DNA from: Bacilli bacterium
Lineage (GTDB): Bacteria > Bacillota_I > Bacilli_A > RFN20 > CAG-826
Assembly: GCA_028705995.1 (NCBI GenBank)
Contig: JAQWCH010000003.1
Coordinates: forward strand, 13,385-77,384
Length of the DNA stretch: 64,000 nt
Reading direction: 5' to 3'
In this document: positions 9,506-19,688 of the stretch, in pieces
Layout of the letters: each line of letters begins with the position of its first letter
Numbering within the stretch: the first letter of the stretch is position 1
The notes under the pieces: model-generated
Seen by the model: only the letters and a program-made list of their open reading frames with translations
Told to the model about the DNA's origin: nothing
Database searches by the model: none
Translations under genes and position numbers: made by a program

Positions 9506-10696
9506 ATGGCAACGTTTCTCGTGGGATACACAATCATCTTCGTAATCGTTTTTCTGCTCGCATTTGTAATGCTAGTTGGTCATGGAATTATTTTCCGTAA
9601 CAACTTAATAGTACGGCGCATCTTTGGACAACCATTGATGGTCTATTCAGTACGGCGGGTGATTAGTGGATTAATTTCGGTTTTACTAGCGGTCAGTGCG
9701 ACCTACATGTTAATTAGACTCCAGGATACCTTCACATTATGTAAAGCAGCGATTTCAAACTGGGATAAACTTGATCCCTCAATTCAATCAATCCGCTGCG
9801 ACCAAGTGCTTGAAGAGTTAGGAATATCTGGGAGTGTGATTGAACAATTACTTACCTATTACTATCGAATTCTCCCCTTTCCTAAGACGCTTTGTTCAAC
9901 AGAGCTCTCATATGTTTTAGGTGAGGCCGGGTTAGAAGTCACAATTATTTCTCGTAACTGCCGCAACTTTGTAATCGATCTTGGCAAAATTTACTTTATT
10001 GATTCATATGTTGGTCAATACGTTATCGACGTTATTTTTAAATCAAAAATGCCACATTCATTCCGGATTGGCGCTATTGCTGTTGCTTTAGAACTCGCTC
10101 TTGGCTACCCGCTCGGTGTTTATATGGCGAAACATCACGATGGTTGGATCGATCGGATTGGCAAAGGCTATATTATTTCGATTGATGCAATTCCGGGTGT
10201 TGCTTATTACTACATTTGGATGACGATTCTTTGTTTTGGTTTTGGACTACCAATTATGTACAAAGAAGCCGATTTCATGAGTTGGTTACCAGCGATTCTA
10301 ACTATGGCATTTACAGGCATGGCCGGTATTGCTTTGTGGGTACGTCGGTATATGCTCAATGAATTCAATGCTGATTACGTCAAATTCGCGCGTGCTAAAG
10401 GTATGAGCGAAAATCGGATTATGTGGATTCATATTTTAAGAAACGCCATGGTGCCTTTGGTACGGTCAATTCCGGCCGCAATTTTAGGTGCCTTACTCGG
10501 TTCGTTCTATATTGAAAAGATTTATTCGATTCCTGGTCTTGGAGGTTTCTTAATTCAAGCGAACAACCCGCCACAAGATTATTTTGCGATTCAAGGAATC
10601 GTCGTTATTTCTGCGTTGATCAGTATTATTTCCTATGTTGCTGGCGATATCGTCACAGCGATGGTTGATCCGCGAATTAGTTTTTCAAAGGAATAG
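9506..10696 (+). CDS. oppB: oligopeptide ABC transporter permease
   Basis: BPD-transporter core with the EAA-like segment YVKFARAKGMSENRI. A roughly 90-aa Cys-containing insertion follows TM1. Confidence 0.85.
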   Translation: MATFLVGYTIIFVIVFLLAFVMLVGHGIIFRNNLIVRRIFGQPLMVYSVRRVISGLISVLLAVSATYMLIRLQDTFTLCKAAISNWDKLDPSIQSIRCDQVLEELGISGSVIEQLLTYYYRILPFPKTLCSTELSYVLGEAGLEVTIISRNCRNFVIDLGKIYFIDSYVGQYVIDVIFKSKMPHSFRIGAIAVALELALGYPLGVYMAKHHDGWIDRIGKGYIISIDAIPGVAYYYIWMTILCFGFGLPIMYKEADFMSWLPAILTMAFTGMAGIALWVRRYMLNEFNADYVKFARAKGMSENRIMWIHILRNAMVPLVRSIPAAILGALLGSFYIEKIYSIPGLGGFLIQANNPPQDYFAIQGIVVISALISIISYVAGDIVTAMVDPRISFSKE

Positions 10697-10709
10697 GAGG
10701 GAATAGCAC

Positions 10710-11807
10710 ATGATTAAAAACATTGATTTAACAATTCATCATAATATTGAAGATTTGTTTACTGTAATCGGTAATCAAGATGAAGACGTTGAAAGATTAG
10801 AAGCAAAACCCTATTCCTATTGGCAATCGACATTTCGGCAATTATTGAAATCACCACTAGCAATTTTCTTTATGGTTCTATTATTTGTTATCGTTTTAAT
10901 GGCGATTATTGGCCCAATGATGAGACAGTTCGACATTTATTCCTATGGCGGCACCGTGACAGTTGATCGCCCTGGGGAATGGTGCGAATTCACGACCGGA
11001 CCACTAATTGGACAAGGCGCTTGGTGTATTGACTATCTTGACAATAACCCAACTGGTACACTCGCCGATATTGATAACGCCAATAAATCAATTGGTTATC
11101 GGACGCCGGACAGTGTTGCTTGGTTTGGTTCAGCCGGAAAAGGCATGCGTGGCTTCCAAGGAATGGATCTTTGGACACTCGTGTGGCTTGGAACACGGTT
11201 TTCTTTACTCCTTGGTTTAGTTGTTGCTCTTATTAATACAATTCTTGGTTTATTAATTGGCGCGGCGTGGGGATTCTTTAAATGGTTAGATCCAATCTTG
11301 TTAGAATTCCGTAACTTTGTTTACAACATTCCTTCATTATTACTTTATATTTTGATGATGCAATTCCTGCGTCCATCTTTTTGGACAATCGTACTTGTTC
11401 TTTGTATGTTTGGTTGGATGGGCTTAGCCGGCTTCATGCGTAATCAAATTATTATTATTCGTAATCGTGAATATAATATTGCTTCACAGACACTTGGTTC
11501 ATCACCAAAAGCAATTATCGTTCATAACTTATTACCATACTTAGTTTCAATTATTGTGACGGTTATCTCAACCGCTATTCCTGGCGCCATTGCAAGCGAA
11601 GTTTCACTTGCATTCTTTGGATTATCATTCCAGCCGACTTCGCAAGTTACGCTTGGACAAGTGTTAACGCAAGCGACTAACGATGTATGGAATTCATATC
11701 CATATATGTTAATTGCTCCGATGATCGTCATGGTGCCAATGACAATTGCGTTCTTTTATATTGGACTTATCTTAGCGGATGCAACTGATCCGAAAAATCA
11801 CCGGTAA
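10710..11807 (+). CDS. oppC: oligopeptide ABC transporter permease
   Basis: OppC-type permease with the segment IASQTLGSSPKAII. A large extracytoplasmic insertion follows TM1. Confidence 0.85.
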   Translation: MIKNIDLTIHHNIEDLFTVIGNQDEDVERLEAKPYSYWQSTFRQLLKSPLAIFFMVLLFVIVLMAIIGPMMRQFDIYSYGGTVTVDRPGEWCEFTTGPLIGQGAWCIDYLDNNPTGTLADIDNANKSIGYRTPDSVAWFGSAGKGMRGFQGMDLWTLVWLGTRFSLLLGLVVALINTILGLLIGAAWGFFKWLDPILLEFRNFVYNIPSLLLYILMMQFLRPSFWTIVLVLCMFGWMGLAGFMRNQIIIIRNREYNIASQTLGSSPKAIIVHNLLPYLVSIIVTVISTAIPGAIASEVSLAFFGLSFQPTSQVTLGQVLTQATNDVWNSYPYMLIAPMIVMVPMTIAFFYIGLILADATDPKNHR

Positions 11808-11821
11808 AGGAGGAAAGAGAT

Positions 11822-13072
11822 ATGAAAAAATGGGACCTCAAAAAAACAGAGAAAATTGATAAAAATGAGCTTGAATATGATATCAATGCACCAATTCGCA
11901 CCCTTTCCGCTGGTGAAATTGTTCGTCAAGCGCGTGAACAAGAAGAACTTTATCGGTTTTCCGATAATGCGTTTCCCGATGATGTCGATAGCAGGGGAAA
12001 AGATGCAATTTTGAAAGTGCGTCATCTTTCCCTCGGATTTTTATCACATGGTAAGAAGACACATGTTATTCGCGATGTTTCAATTGACGTTTTTCAAGGC
12101 GAAACACTCGCTATTGTCGGTGAGTCAGGGTCGGGTAAATCGGTTTTTACAAAAACCTTTACCGGCATGCTTGATAGTAACGGTTTTATCGATGGCGGTT
12201 CAATTGAATTTGGCGGGAAAGATCTCGCTAAATTAAAAACTGAAAAAGATTGGTTGGGTATTCGCGGGAAACGAATTTCAACAATTTTCCAAGATCCGAT
12301 GACCTCTTTAAATCCATTGCTAACGATTGGATTCCAAATTACTGAAGTTCTACGTTTACACCGCGGAATGGATAAAAAAACCGCAAAAGCTGAAGCAATT
12401 GAACTCCTAAGACGTGTGCGTATTCCGGAAGCAGAAAAACGCTTTAACGATTTTCCTTATCAATATTCTGGCGGCATGCGTCAACGTGTTGTTATTGCAA
12501 TTGCTTTGGCGTGTAATCCAGAAATATTGATTTGTGATGAGCCGACAACTGCCCTTGATGTGACTGTGCAAGCACAGATCATTAAATTAATTAAAGATTT
12601 ACAACGCGAATACAAATGGACTGTTATTTTTATTACGCATGACCTTGGTGTTGTTGCAAATATTGCCGACCGCGTCGCCGTGATGTATGGTGGCCAAATT
12701 GTTGAGTATGGAACGGCGGAGGACGTATTTTATAATCCCGCACATCCATACACATGGGCGTTATTATCTTCACTTCCACAACTAGGAAGCAAAGAAGATC
12801 CGCTTGTTTACATTCGTGGAAATCCACCATCATTTATCGAAGAAATTATTGGTGATTCTTTTGCTCCACGGAATGAATATTCGCTAAAAATTGATTTCAT
12901 TCTTGATCCCCCAATGTTTAAAATCTCCGATACGCATTTTGCGAAGACGTGGTTATTAGATAAACGGGCACCAGCCGTTGAACCCCCGAAAATTATTCAA
13001 AATCTACGGCAAAGAATGCAAGAATCCGCTGATGAATTAAAACGCGAATTAAAGGTAGGTGAGGCCAAATGA
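11822..13072 (+). CDS. oppD: oligopeptide ABC transporter ATP-binding protein
   Basis: Walker A GESGSGKS, signature YSGGMRQR, Walker B ILICDEPTTALD. Confidence 0.9.
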   Translation: MKKWDLKKTEKIDKNELEYDINAPIRTLSAGEIVRQAREQEELYRFSDNAFPDDVDSRGKDAILKVRHLSLGFLSHGKKTHVIRDVSIDVFQGETLAIVGESGSGKSVFTKTFTGMLDSNGFIDGGSIEFGGKDLAKLKTEKDWLGIRGKRISTIFQDPMTSLNPLLTIGFQITEVLRLHRGMDKKTAKAEAIELLRRVRIPEAEKRFNDFPYQYSGGMRQRVVIAIALACNPEILICDEPTTALDVTVQAQIIKLIKDLQREYKWTVIFITHDLGVVANIADRVAVMYGGQIVEYGTAEDVFYNPAHPYTWALLSSLPQLGSKEDPLVYIRGNPPSFIEEIIGDSFAPRNEYSLKIDFILDPPMFKISDTHFAKTWLLDKRAPAVEPPKIIQNLRQRMQESADELKRELKVGEAK

Positions 13073-14115
13073 GTGAAAATAAATTAGCCCGCACTTATTT
13101 AGAAGTAATGGAAGAATTTATTAAGGCACATCCAGAAAAGGATCCCTTAATTAAATTTCGTGATGTGCAAATTGGTTTTCGGCGCGGTATTGATTTCCGC
13201 ATTGTAATCCAAAATTTAAATCTCGATATCTTTAAAGGCGAAATTCTTGGTCTTGTTGGCGAATCCGGTTCGGGGAAAACAACAATTGGTCGCTCGATTA
13301 ATCGAATTTATCCAACTTCTGGTGGAGAGATTCTCTACAATAATGTAAAAATTAATGGAAAAATTCCTCATGATCGTGAACGGAATATGAAAAAGAATAT
13401 TCAAATGATTTTTCAAGACCCTTCCGCCTCATTGAACGAACGCGCGAACGTCGATTATGTTGTTTCCGAAGGGTTACGCGCCTTCCATCTTTATAAAGAT
13501 GAAAATGAACGCGTCGAAAAAGTCGTCAGTATGATGCATAAAATCGGTTTGCCGCCAGAATTTTTAAAACGTTATCCGCACGAATTTAGTGGTGGTCAAC
13601 GGCAAAGAATTGGTGTTGCACGGTGCATGGTTATGGAACCAGAATTTGTAATTGCTGACGAACCAATTTCCGCACTCGACGTCTCCATTCGGGCGCAAGT
13701 CTTAAATCTTATTAAAGAATTCCAAGTCAGTGACCAATTAACAGTTTTGTTTATCGCTCACGATCTTTCGGTTGTCCGCTATATTTCTGATCGGATTGCC
13801 GTTATTAACAATGGTAAAATTGTTGAATTATGCCATGCTGACCGTTTATTTGAATTACCGCTTCACCCCTATACAAAGGCATTATTAACGGCCATTCCTT
13901 TGCCAGATCCACAACTAGAAGCAGATAAGAAAATCGTTGTATATAACGCAAACATGCACCAATATACCGATGAAGATCCAGCCGATTTATATGAAGTTGA
14001 ACCTAATCACTTTGTTCGTGCTAATCAAGCTGAACTTGTTGATTATTTAACCACAGTCAAGATAGAAGGAGGAAAAACACATGGGAAAAAACACTCCGCA
14101 AATGAATCAAAGTAG
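13069..14115 (+). CDS. oppF: oligopeptide ABC transporter ATP-binding protein
   Basis: Walker A GESGSGKTT, signature FSGGQRQR, Walker B FVIADEPISALD. ATGA overlap with oppD. Confidence 0.9.
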   Translation: MSENKLARTYLEVMEEFIKAHPEKDPLIKFRDVQIGFRRGIDFRIVIQNLNLDIFKGEILGLVGESGSGKTTIGRSINRIYPTSGGEILYNNVKINGKIPHDRERNMKKNIQMIFQDPSASLNERANVDYVVSEGLRAFHLYKDENERVEKVVSMMHKIGLPPEFLKRYPHEFSGGQRQRIGVARCMVMEPEFVIADEPISALDVSIRAQVLNLIKEFQVSDQLTVLFIAHDLSVVRYISDRIAVINNGKIVELCHADRLFELPLHPYTKALLTAIPLPDPQLEADKKIVVYNANMHQYTDEDPADLYEVEPNHFVRANQAELVDYLTTVKIEGGKTHGKKHSANESK

Positions 14116-16867
14116 CGAACTTGCTAATAATAATAACAAAAAGCCCTTTTATAAAAACCGTAAGTTTTGGAAGAGGGCGGGTATTTTAGCAGGGATTACC
14201 GCTGGCCTTGCGACTGTTTATACTTTAGCTGTTGAAGTTTGGTTGCGTGATCTTAGTAATTTAACCTATATTCGTTTCTCCTATCGTGCTGATCCCGGTT
14301 TATCAATCAACCAACAAGAAGTAACAATAACAAAAGTGCTTTACAACACCGATTATCCAACAAATTTTGCGATTCCAAGCAAGATATTGGGACGGCCTGT
14401 AACAACAATTGGCGAGGAAGCTTTTGCTGGTCTTGAGCGCCTTAAACGCGTAGAAATGCCAGATTCTGTCACAACGATTGAAGACCGCGCTTTTTATAAT
14501 TGTGGAAACCTCACAAGCTTTGAATTTTCCGAATCGATTGAATACATTGGCGTTGATGCGTTTTCTAACACGGCCTTTTATGATGATTTTGATGATGGAT
14601 TTTTATATGTTGGTCGAACACTTTATTCATATAAAGGTTTGATGCCGGAAGGAACAGCCTTAGTTCCTTATGGTGATAAAGATAACCCAGAATATAGCGA
14701 CTACACCAACATTATCGAATTTGACGATCAACTTGAGACACTTTCACCCGGCTTATTTGCAAATCAACCCGGACTGGAATCAGTTTATCTTCCGGAAGGC
14801 GTTACCTCAATCGATCGTGAAGTTTTTGCAAACAACGCAAATCTAACCAAGGTTGAATTACCCGAAGGTCTTCTAGAAGTAAAAACAAAAGCCTTTTACA
14901 ACACACCAATGTTAACTGATGTTTTATTACCGGCAACGGTGACTTCACTCGGTGATGAAGCGTTCAAAAATAGTGGAATCGGTGGCGACATCGTCATTCC
15001 GGATGGTATTTCATCTTTAGGTATCTCGACGTTTGAAAATACGCCCAATATTACAAGTGTTTCGGTTAATGATGGTTTGCTTTCAATTGGTGATTATGCC
15101 TTCCGAAATAGCACATCTTTAGCAAGCATTGACATTGATCACCAAAGTGCATTGACGTCAATTGGTCGTGAAGCTTTTGCTGGCACCGCGATTACGGAAT
15201 TCATTGTACCAAAGGGTGTTTCCGCCGTTTTAAGCGGTCTACTTCGTGACACGCCAAATCTTGAATCCGTCTATCTCTCTGATCCATATGATCGACCAGA
15301 TTCGATTTTCGATGGCGGAGTAACCTCTATTCGAGATTATGCTTTTTATAACACACCTGCCCTAAAAACCATTGCCACTTATGATAGTACACAAGCCGAA
15401 TTCACACTTACTTCACCGCTCAACGAAGTTAATTTTCCTTCAAGCGTGAAAGATCTTGGTATTCAAAGAAATACTGGTTATGTTTTCGCTCAGAGTGGCA
15501 TTGAAAAAATTACAATTCCAGACGCCGTTACACTTATTCCAACAAACATGTTTGAGAATGCGACATCACTCGCAAATGTAACCTTCAGTGCAAATAGTGC
15601 ACTGAGCGAAGTTAAGCAAGCCGCTTTTAAGGGGGCAACAAGTTTAACCGGTATCACTTTGCCAGAAACAGTCCGCACGATTGGTTACTCAGCTTTCCAA
15701 AATAGTGGTTTAATTCAATTTGTTTTTCCGACTAATATGACAACAATCAATGAATCAACATTTGAAAATGCCGATTCATTAGTAAACGTGACATTACCAC
15801 CAAACTTAAAGACGATTAAGTCTAAGAGTTTCTATGACTGCGATGCCCTTGTTAGCATTAATGTACCACCGACAGTCACGCACCTTTATGAGTATTCATT
15901 TGGTAACTGTGACAACTTGATTGATATTAACTTCCAAGCTGGCATGGAACTTGAAGTATGGAATTATGCTTTCGCTAATTCCAATCTACTAACAACTGCG
16001 ACAATTCCAGCGGGTGTTACCGAAATCGCTCTAGGCGCTTTTAAAGATTCCGAAAACATTACATCCATCGATTGGTCATTAGCGCCAAACGTGACACGGA
16101 TTAATGACTTTGCCTTTCAAAACAATAGCAGTTTAGCTGTAATTGATATTCCTGATAGCATTACTTCAATCGGTAAGGATGCGTTTACTGGAACCGCATG
16201 GTATGACGCACAACCAGATGGGTATGTTGTGCTTGATCATGTTTTATATCGGTATAAGGGTGCTTTACCGACAAATGGTATCATTGAAATTCCCGCGGGA
16301 GTCCGGGTTATTAACGAGTACGCATTCACAAATGCGCGTGGACAAATCAATGAAGTTATTTTCCCTGATTCAGTGGAAGTAATTGGTAAACACGCTTTCT
16401 CAAATGTGAATACCGTCCTTACTCAAGCGGAAATTACCGCAGGATTAACCGGCCTTGGCCCATCTACACTCACCTTTACTCCAACTAGTAACCTACAATT
16501 AATTGATGATAATGCTTTTGCTAACGCTAGCGCACTAACGAGCTTAACATTACCAGACACCGTTAAAACAATTGGTGCCTATGCATTCACGCATAATTTG
16601 AAGTTACAAACGTTGGAGATTGCTAAAAACTCGCAACTTGAAGAAATTAAAACAAATGCTTTCTATGACACGCCAGCTTTAACGGGTAATCTCTATATTC
16701 CACTCAATGCAAAAATTGGTAATTATGCGTTTGGCTCAGCCACAGGTAATACTGGTTTAACCATTCACATTGCTAATCCCTATGCCGATTCATTTAATAC
16801 AAAAATTTACGATTCAAACTGGAATCCTCATAACATTGCTGTTCAATGGGGAAGCGTCCATCCGTAA
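14081..16867 (+). CDS. membrane-anchored BspA-type leucine-rich-repeat (LRR_5) surface protein
   Basis: An N-terminal TM anchor is followed by many tandem units of about 23 aa, of the type IPDSVTSIGxxAFxNxxxLTSV. GGAGG lies 7 nt upstream. The start overlaps the oppF 3-prime end by 35 nt. Confidence 0.8.
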   Translation: MGKNTPQMNQSSELANNNNKKPFYKNRKFWKRAGILAGITAGLATVYTLAVEVWLRDLSNLTYIRFSYRADPGLSINQQEVTITKVLYNTDYPTNFAIPSKILGRPVTTIGEEAFAGLERLKRVEMPDSVTTIEDRAFYNCGNLTSFEFSESIEYIGVDAFSNTAFYDDFDDGFLYVGRTLYSYKGLMPEGTALVPYGDKDNPEYSDYTNIIEFDDQLETLSPGLFANQPGLESVYLPEGVTSIDREVFANNANLTKVELPEGLLEVKTKAFYNTPMLTDVLLPATVTSLGDEAFKNSGIGGDIVIPDGISSLGISTFENTPNITSVSVNDGLLSIGDYAFRNSTSLASIDIDHQSALTSIGREAFAGTAITEFIVPKGVSAVLSGLLRDTPNLESVYLSDPYDRPDSIFDGGVTSIRDYAFYNTPALKTIATYDSTQAEFTLTSPLNEVNFPSSVKDLGIQRNTGYVFAQSGIEKITIPDAVTLIPTNMFENATSLANVTFSANSALSEVKQAAFKGATSLTGITLPETVRTIGYSAFQNSGLIQFVFPTNMTTINESTFENADSLVNVTLPPNLKTIKSKSFYDCDALVSINVPPTVTHLYEYSFGNCDNLIDINFQAGMELEVWNYAFANSNLLTTATIPAGVTEIALGAFKDSENITSIDWSLAPNVTRINDFAFQNNSSLAVIDIPDSITSIGKDAFTGTAWYDAQPDGYVVLDHVLYRYKGALPTNGIIEIPAGVRVINEYAFTNARGQINEVIFPDSVEVIGKHAFSNVNTVLTQAEITAGLTGLGPSTLTFTPTSNLQLIDDNAFANASALTSLTLPDTVKTIGAYAFTHNLKLQTLEIAKNSQLEEIKTNAFYDTPALTGNLYIPLNAKIGNYAFGSATGNTGLTIHIANPYADSFNTKIYDSNWNPHNIAVQWGSVHP

Positions 16868-16883
16868 TTAGTTTCACTTTGTT

Positions 16884-16920
16884 AAAAACCGGGCAGTAAT
16901 TCCGCTGCTCGGCTTTTTTA
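16884..16920. terminator. bidirectional intrinsic terminator between the LRR gene and the flippase gene
   Basis: 8-9 bp GC-rich stem, ccgggcag paired with ctgctcgg (one G-U pair), flanked by an A5 run upstream and a T7 run downstream. Confidence 0.7.
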
Positions 16921-16995
16921 TTCTCTGAAATAGAAGGTAAGAAAAGGCGGAATGCTAAAAATTCATCCCACCTTTTATTTCAAAGAGACATTTAT

Positions 16996-18492
16996 TTATT
17001 CTTCAATTTCTTCGATTGGTTTTTTGCGAACAAAAGAAGAAACCAAATCTTCCTTAAGTAGCAAAAGAAGCGAAATATATATTGCCCCACTGATTAATAT
17101 TGCGACAATAATTTTAAGTAGAGGCGTTAAATTAATGAGCGGTAAAACTAAAATATTAATGAGCACTAAAACGCCACCAGTGAGCACAATCTTTGCTGAA
17201 TTCCAATTTATTAATGCGTGAAATGTGTAAGATTTAGTTAAAACTAGTAACGTAAGTAGAACGAGAACATCACTTCCAGCAACAGCGATGGCCACGCCGA
17301 GTAAGGGCCGATCAGCAAATAAGACATAAGCGCCTAAAAAGGCGAATCCAAGATTAAAAACAACTCCACCAATCAATGTGATTAGGTAGTAATTTTCTTT
17401 TTTCATTGGGAGTAAAACTTGCGCATAAATAAAATCACTGAGTGAATATGTAAATATTATGATTGCGAGTATCATACAAGATAAGCGCGCATTTTCAATT
17501 GCGATTTGGCTCCAATAGGCATTTTCGTCAAGCACCATAAAATTCACGATATCAGGTGCGAGCAATATCATCATAATAACCGCAGGTATTGCAATAAAAA
17601 GCGCAATATTAAAACTATATTTAGTTAAACGATGGAAAAATATTTTATTTTCTTTTTGATAAAGCTCAGTTGCGCGCGGAATAAAAACTACGGATAGCGA
17701 TGTAATAATCGTAATGACAATTTCAATTCCCTTCACACCGACAGAATAAGAACCAACTAACGATTTACTTGGGTCAATAAAACCTAAAAGAAGAGTGTCG
17801 GTTTGGTTATAAATAGTAATTAAAAACGTAATTAAACCAATTGCAAAGACCTCTTTAATATATGGTCGAAAATTATAATGTCCGGTTGGCTTTAAACTAA
17901 CACCAAAGCGTTTCAGCAAGAAGATGTTGGCGATTGCTGTTAAAATTGTTGAAGAAATCGCAAAGATTGCATATAAATATATTTGATAATCATATTTAAT
18001 AAACAAAATAATTAATAATGCGCTAAGACTTAAAACGGCAATTGAACGGAAGGCGATATAAAAGTGCTTTTCTAGCGCAAGATAAACCCATTCAAATGAA
18101 AATGCCCCAACAAGGAAATTAATTGAAAGCAAGAAGATTAATGCGCGAGTTTTTTCTTCGGTAAACGGACCAGGAAGCGAAAAAACGAAAAAAAGCATAA
18201 AGGCAAACGATATTATTGTTGTTATTAGTTGTAAAAGAAAAAACTCTTGAACTTTACGGTTAAATGCTTCTTTTTGATTTTTTAGACGGCTGCACTCGCG
18301 AATTGCCAAATTTGGAATCCCGAGTTTTGCCAATATCAAAAAATAATAAACAAAAGTGTGGGCCCACGTATAAGTGCCCATCCCCGCGTCGCCGAGAGCT
18401 TTCGCGGCAAATGGAAAAGAAATAAATGACAATAATGTAATAGTTATTGTGCGAATGAGATTAACGATGACGTTGCTGCGAATATTTTTCAT
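16996..18492 (-). CDS. polysaccharide/oligosaccharide flippase (Wzx, MOP superfamily)
   Basis: 498 aa with about 14 TM segments. The N-terminus MKNIRSNVIVNLIRTITITLLSFISFPF is typical of polysaccharide biosynthesis (Wzx) proteins. Confidence 0.7.
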   Translation of the reverse strand: MKNIRSNVIVNLIRTITITLLSFISFPFAAKALGDAGMGTYTWAHTFVYYFLILAKLGIPNLAIRECSRLKNQKEAFNRKVQEFFLLQLITTIISFAFMLFFVFSLPGPFTEEKTRALIFLLSINFLVGAFSFEWVYLALEKHFYIAFRSIAVLSLSALLIILFIKYDYQIYLYAIFAISSTILTAIANIFLLKRFGVSLKPTGHYNFRPYIKEVFAIGLITFLITIYNQTDTLLLGFIDPSKSLVGSYSVGVKGIEIVITIITSLSVVFIPRATELYQKENKIFFHRLTKYSFNIALFIAIPAVIMMILLAPDIVNFMVLDENAYWSQIAIENARLSCMILAIIIFTYSLSDFIYAQVLLPMKKENYYLITLIGGVVFNLGFAFLGAYVLFADRPLLGVAIAVAGSDVLVLLTLLVLTKSYTFHALINWNSAKIVLTGGVLVLINILVLPLINLTPLLKIIVAILISGAIYISLLLLLKEDLVSSFVRKKPIEEIEE

Positions 18493-18533
18493 CTTTTTTA
18501 TTATAGAGGTATCGCGAAGAAAACCATAACACT

Positions 18534-19688
18534 TTAAAATCTTACATTTTTGGTTAAAAAGTCGTTGATTCGCTTGCGCATATTTTCTTGACCATAGTGC
18601 ATCTGCACATCAATTCGCCCCTTTTTTGCCATTACTTGAAATTGATAGGGATCACTTGCGATTTGTTCAATTGTTTCTTTTATTGTATTAGACGATGTAT
18701 CTTTTAGCCAAATGACATCCTCTTTAAAAACTTGATAAAGACGCGGGTGTTTGCTTGATATGACCGGAACGCCACTATTTAGATATTGCAAAACTTTCGA
18801 AGGTAATGATTGTTGATCAAATTGTTCATTTAAGGGGCGCGGATTAATGCAGGCAAGCGCCGCACTAGCAAATTCAGCAACTTCCTTTTCTGAAAGTAAA
18901 CCTAAATATATAATACGGTCACACTTTTCTTGAGCGGCAATAATGTCTTTTTGACCCGGCCCGTGGCCAGCGATTAACAGTTTATCTTGAACATTACTTG
19001 ATAAAAAACCATCAATTAAGTTTTTAAGGCCATAACGTTCGTAAAGAGCACCAGCAAAGAAGAAGTACCGTCCATATTTTTTCGTGATTTCAGGATTAAA
19101 CGGTTGTGGTGGATCAACCATTCCCTCATACGTCATTGAAGGTCGACCCATCTTGTTTACACGAAGATTTAAACCAGGTGTTATTGTGAAAAACAAATCG
19201 AACTTACCATAGAGCCGTTCAATATTAGTAATGTATTTTTCTGTGACCCCAGTAATATTGCAGGGATTATCTGTATAAATTGCTAGTACTGGAACATGGA
19301 AAAGGTTTTTGATTTTTAAAGCAATTTTTGCAAGAAGAAACGATAATCCATCAACAATTATCAATGTATCACTACCACTTGTTTCGATAATCTTTTTAAT
19401 TATTTTTATAGAATTGTTGAATAAATCAAATCTTCTCCGCAACGGCGTATTATGAAAACCAACATAATGGTAATTATCAGCTTCGAGGGCTGGGAAGAAC
19501 CGTTCAGTGCTTGTTATATGTGACACTGGGCGAATCGATATAACTTCAAGACGATGATCTTTTCCGAGTAAAGAAATAAGTTTATGATGAAAGTTCTGAT
19601 TGGAGGGATTTGGTTTTATTGAGCATTTATCCATCAGTGCATAAAAATCCTGTGGGCGCATCGAAGTTGTTAAATAAATTATGTTCAT
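18534..19688 (-). CDS. glycosyltransferase (GT-B fold, GT4/GT1-like)
   Basis: The C-terminal half, with LPSKVLQYLNSGVPVISS, resembles the nucleotide-sugar binding region. Operon context with the flippase and the second GT. Confidence 0.6.
   Translation of the reverse strand: MNIIYLTTSMRPQDFYALMDKCSIKPNPSNQNFHHKLISLLGKDHRLEVISIRPVSHITSTERFFPALEADNYHYVGFHNTPLRRRFDLFNNSIKIIKKIIETSGSDTLIIVDGLSFLLAKIALKIKNLFHVPVLAIYTDNPCNITGVTEKYITNIERLYGKFDLFFTITPGLNLRVNKMGRPSMTYEGMVDPPQPFNPEITKKYGRYFFFAGALYERYGLKNLIDGFLSSNVQDKLLIAGHGPGQKDIIAAQEKCDRIIYLGLLSEKEVAEFASAALACINPRPLNEQFDQQSLPSKVLQYLNSGVPVISSKHPRLYQVFKEDVIWLKDTSSNTIKETIEQIASDPYQFQVMAKKGRIDVQMHYGQENMRKRINDFLTKNVRF

Noticed and set aside
14300-16800. Periodic repeats at the DNA level inside the LRR gene, as a possible CRISPR or satellite array
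   Set aside because: The periodicity is at the protein level (~23-aa LRR units) with divergent nucleotide sequence. There is one continuous ORF and no repeat-spacer architecture.
16952-17221. 89-aa plus-strand ORF
   Set aside because: It overlaps the 3-prime end of the flippase gene in antisense, starts in the terminator region, and has no RBS.
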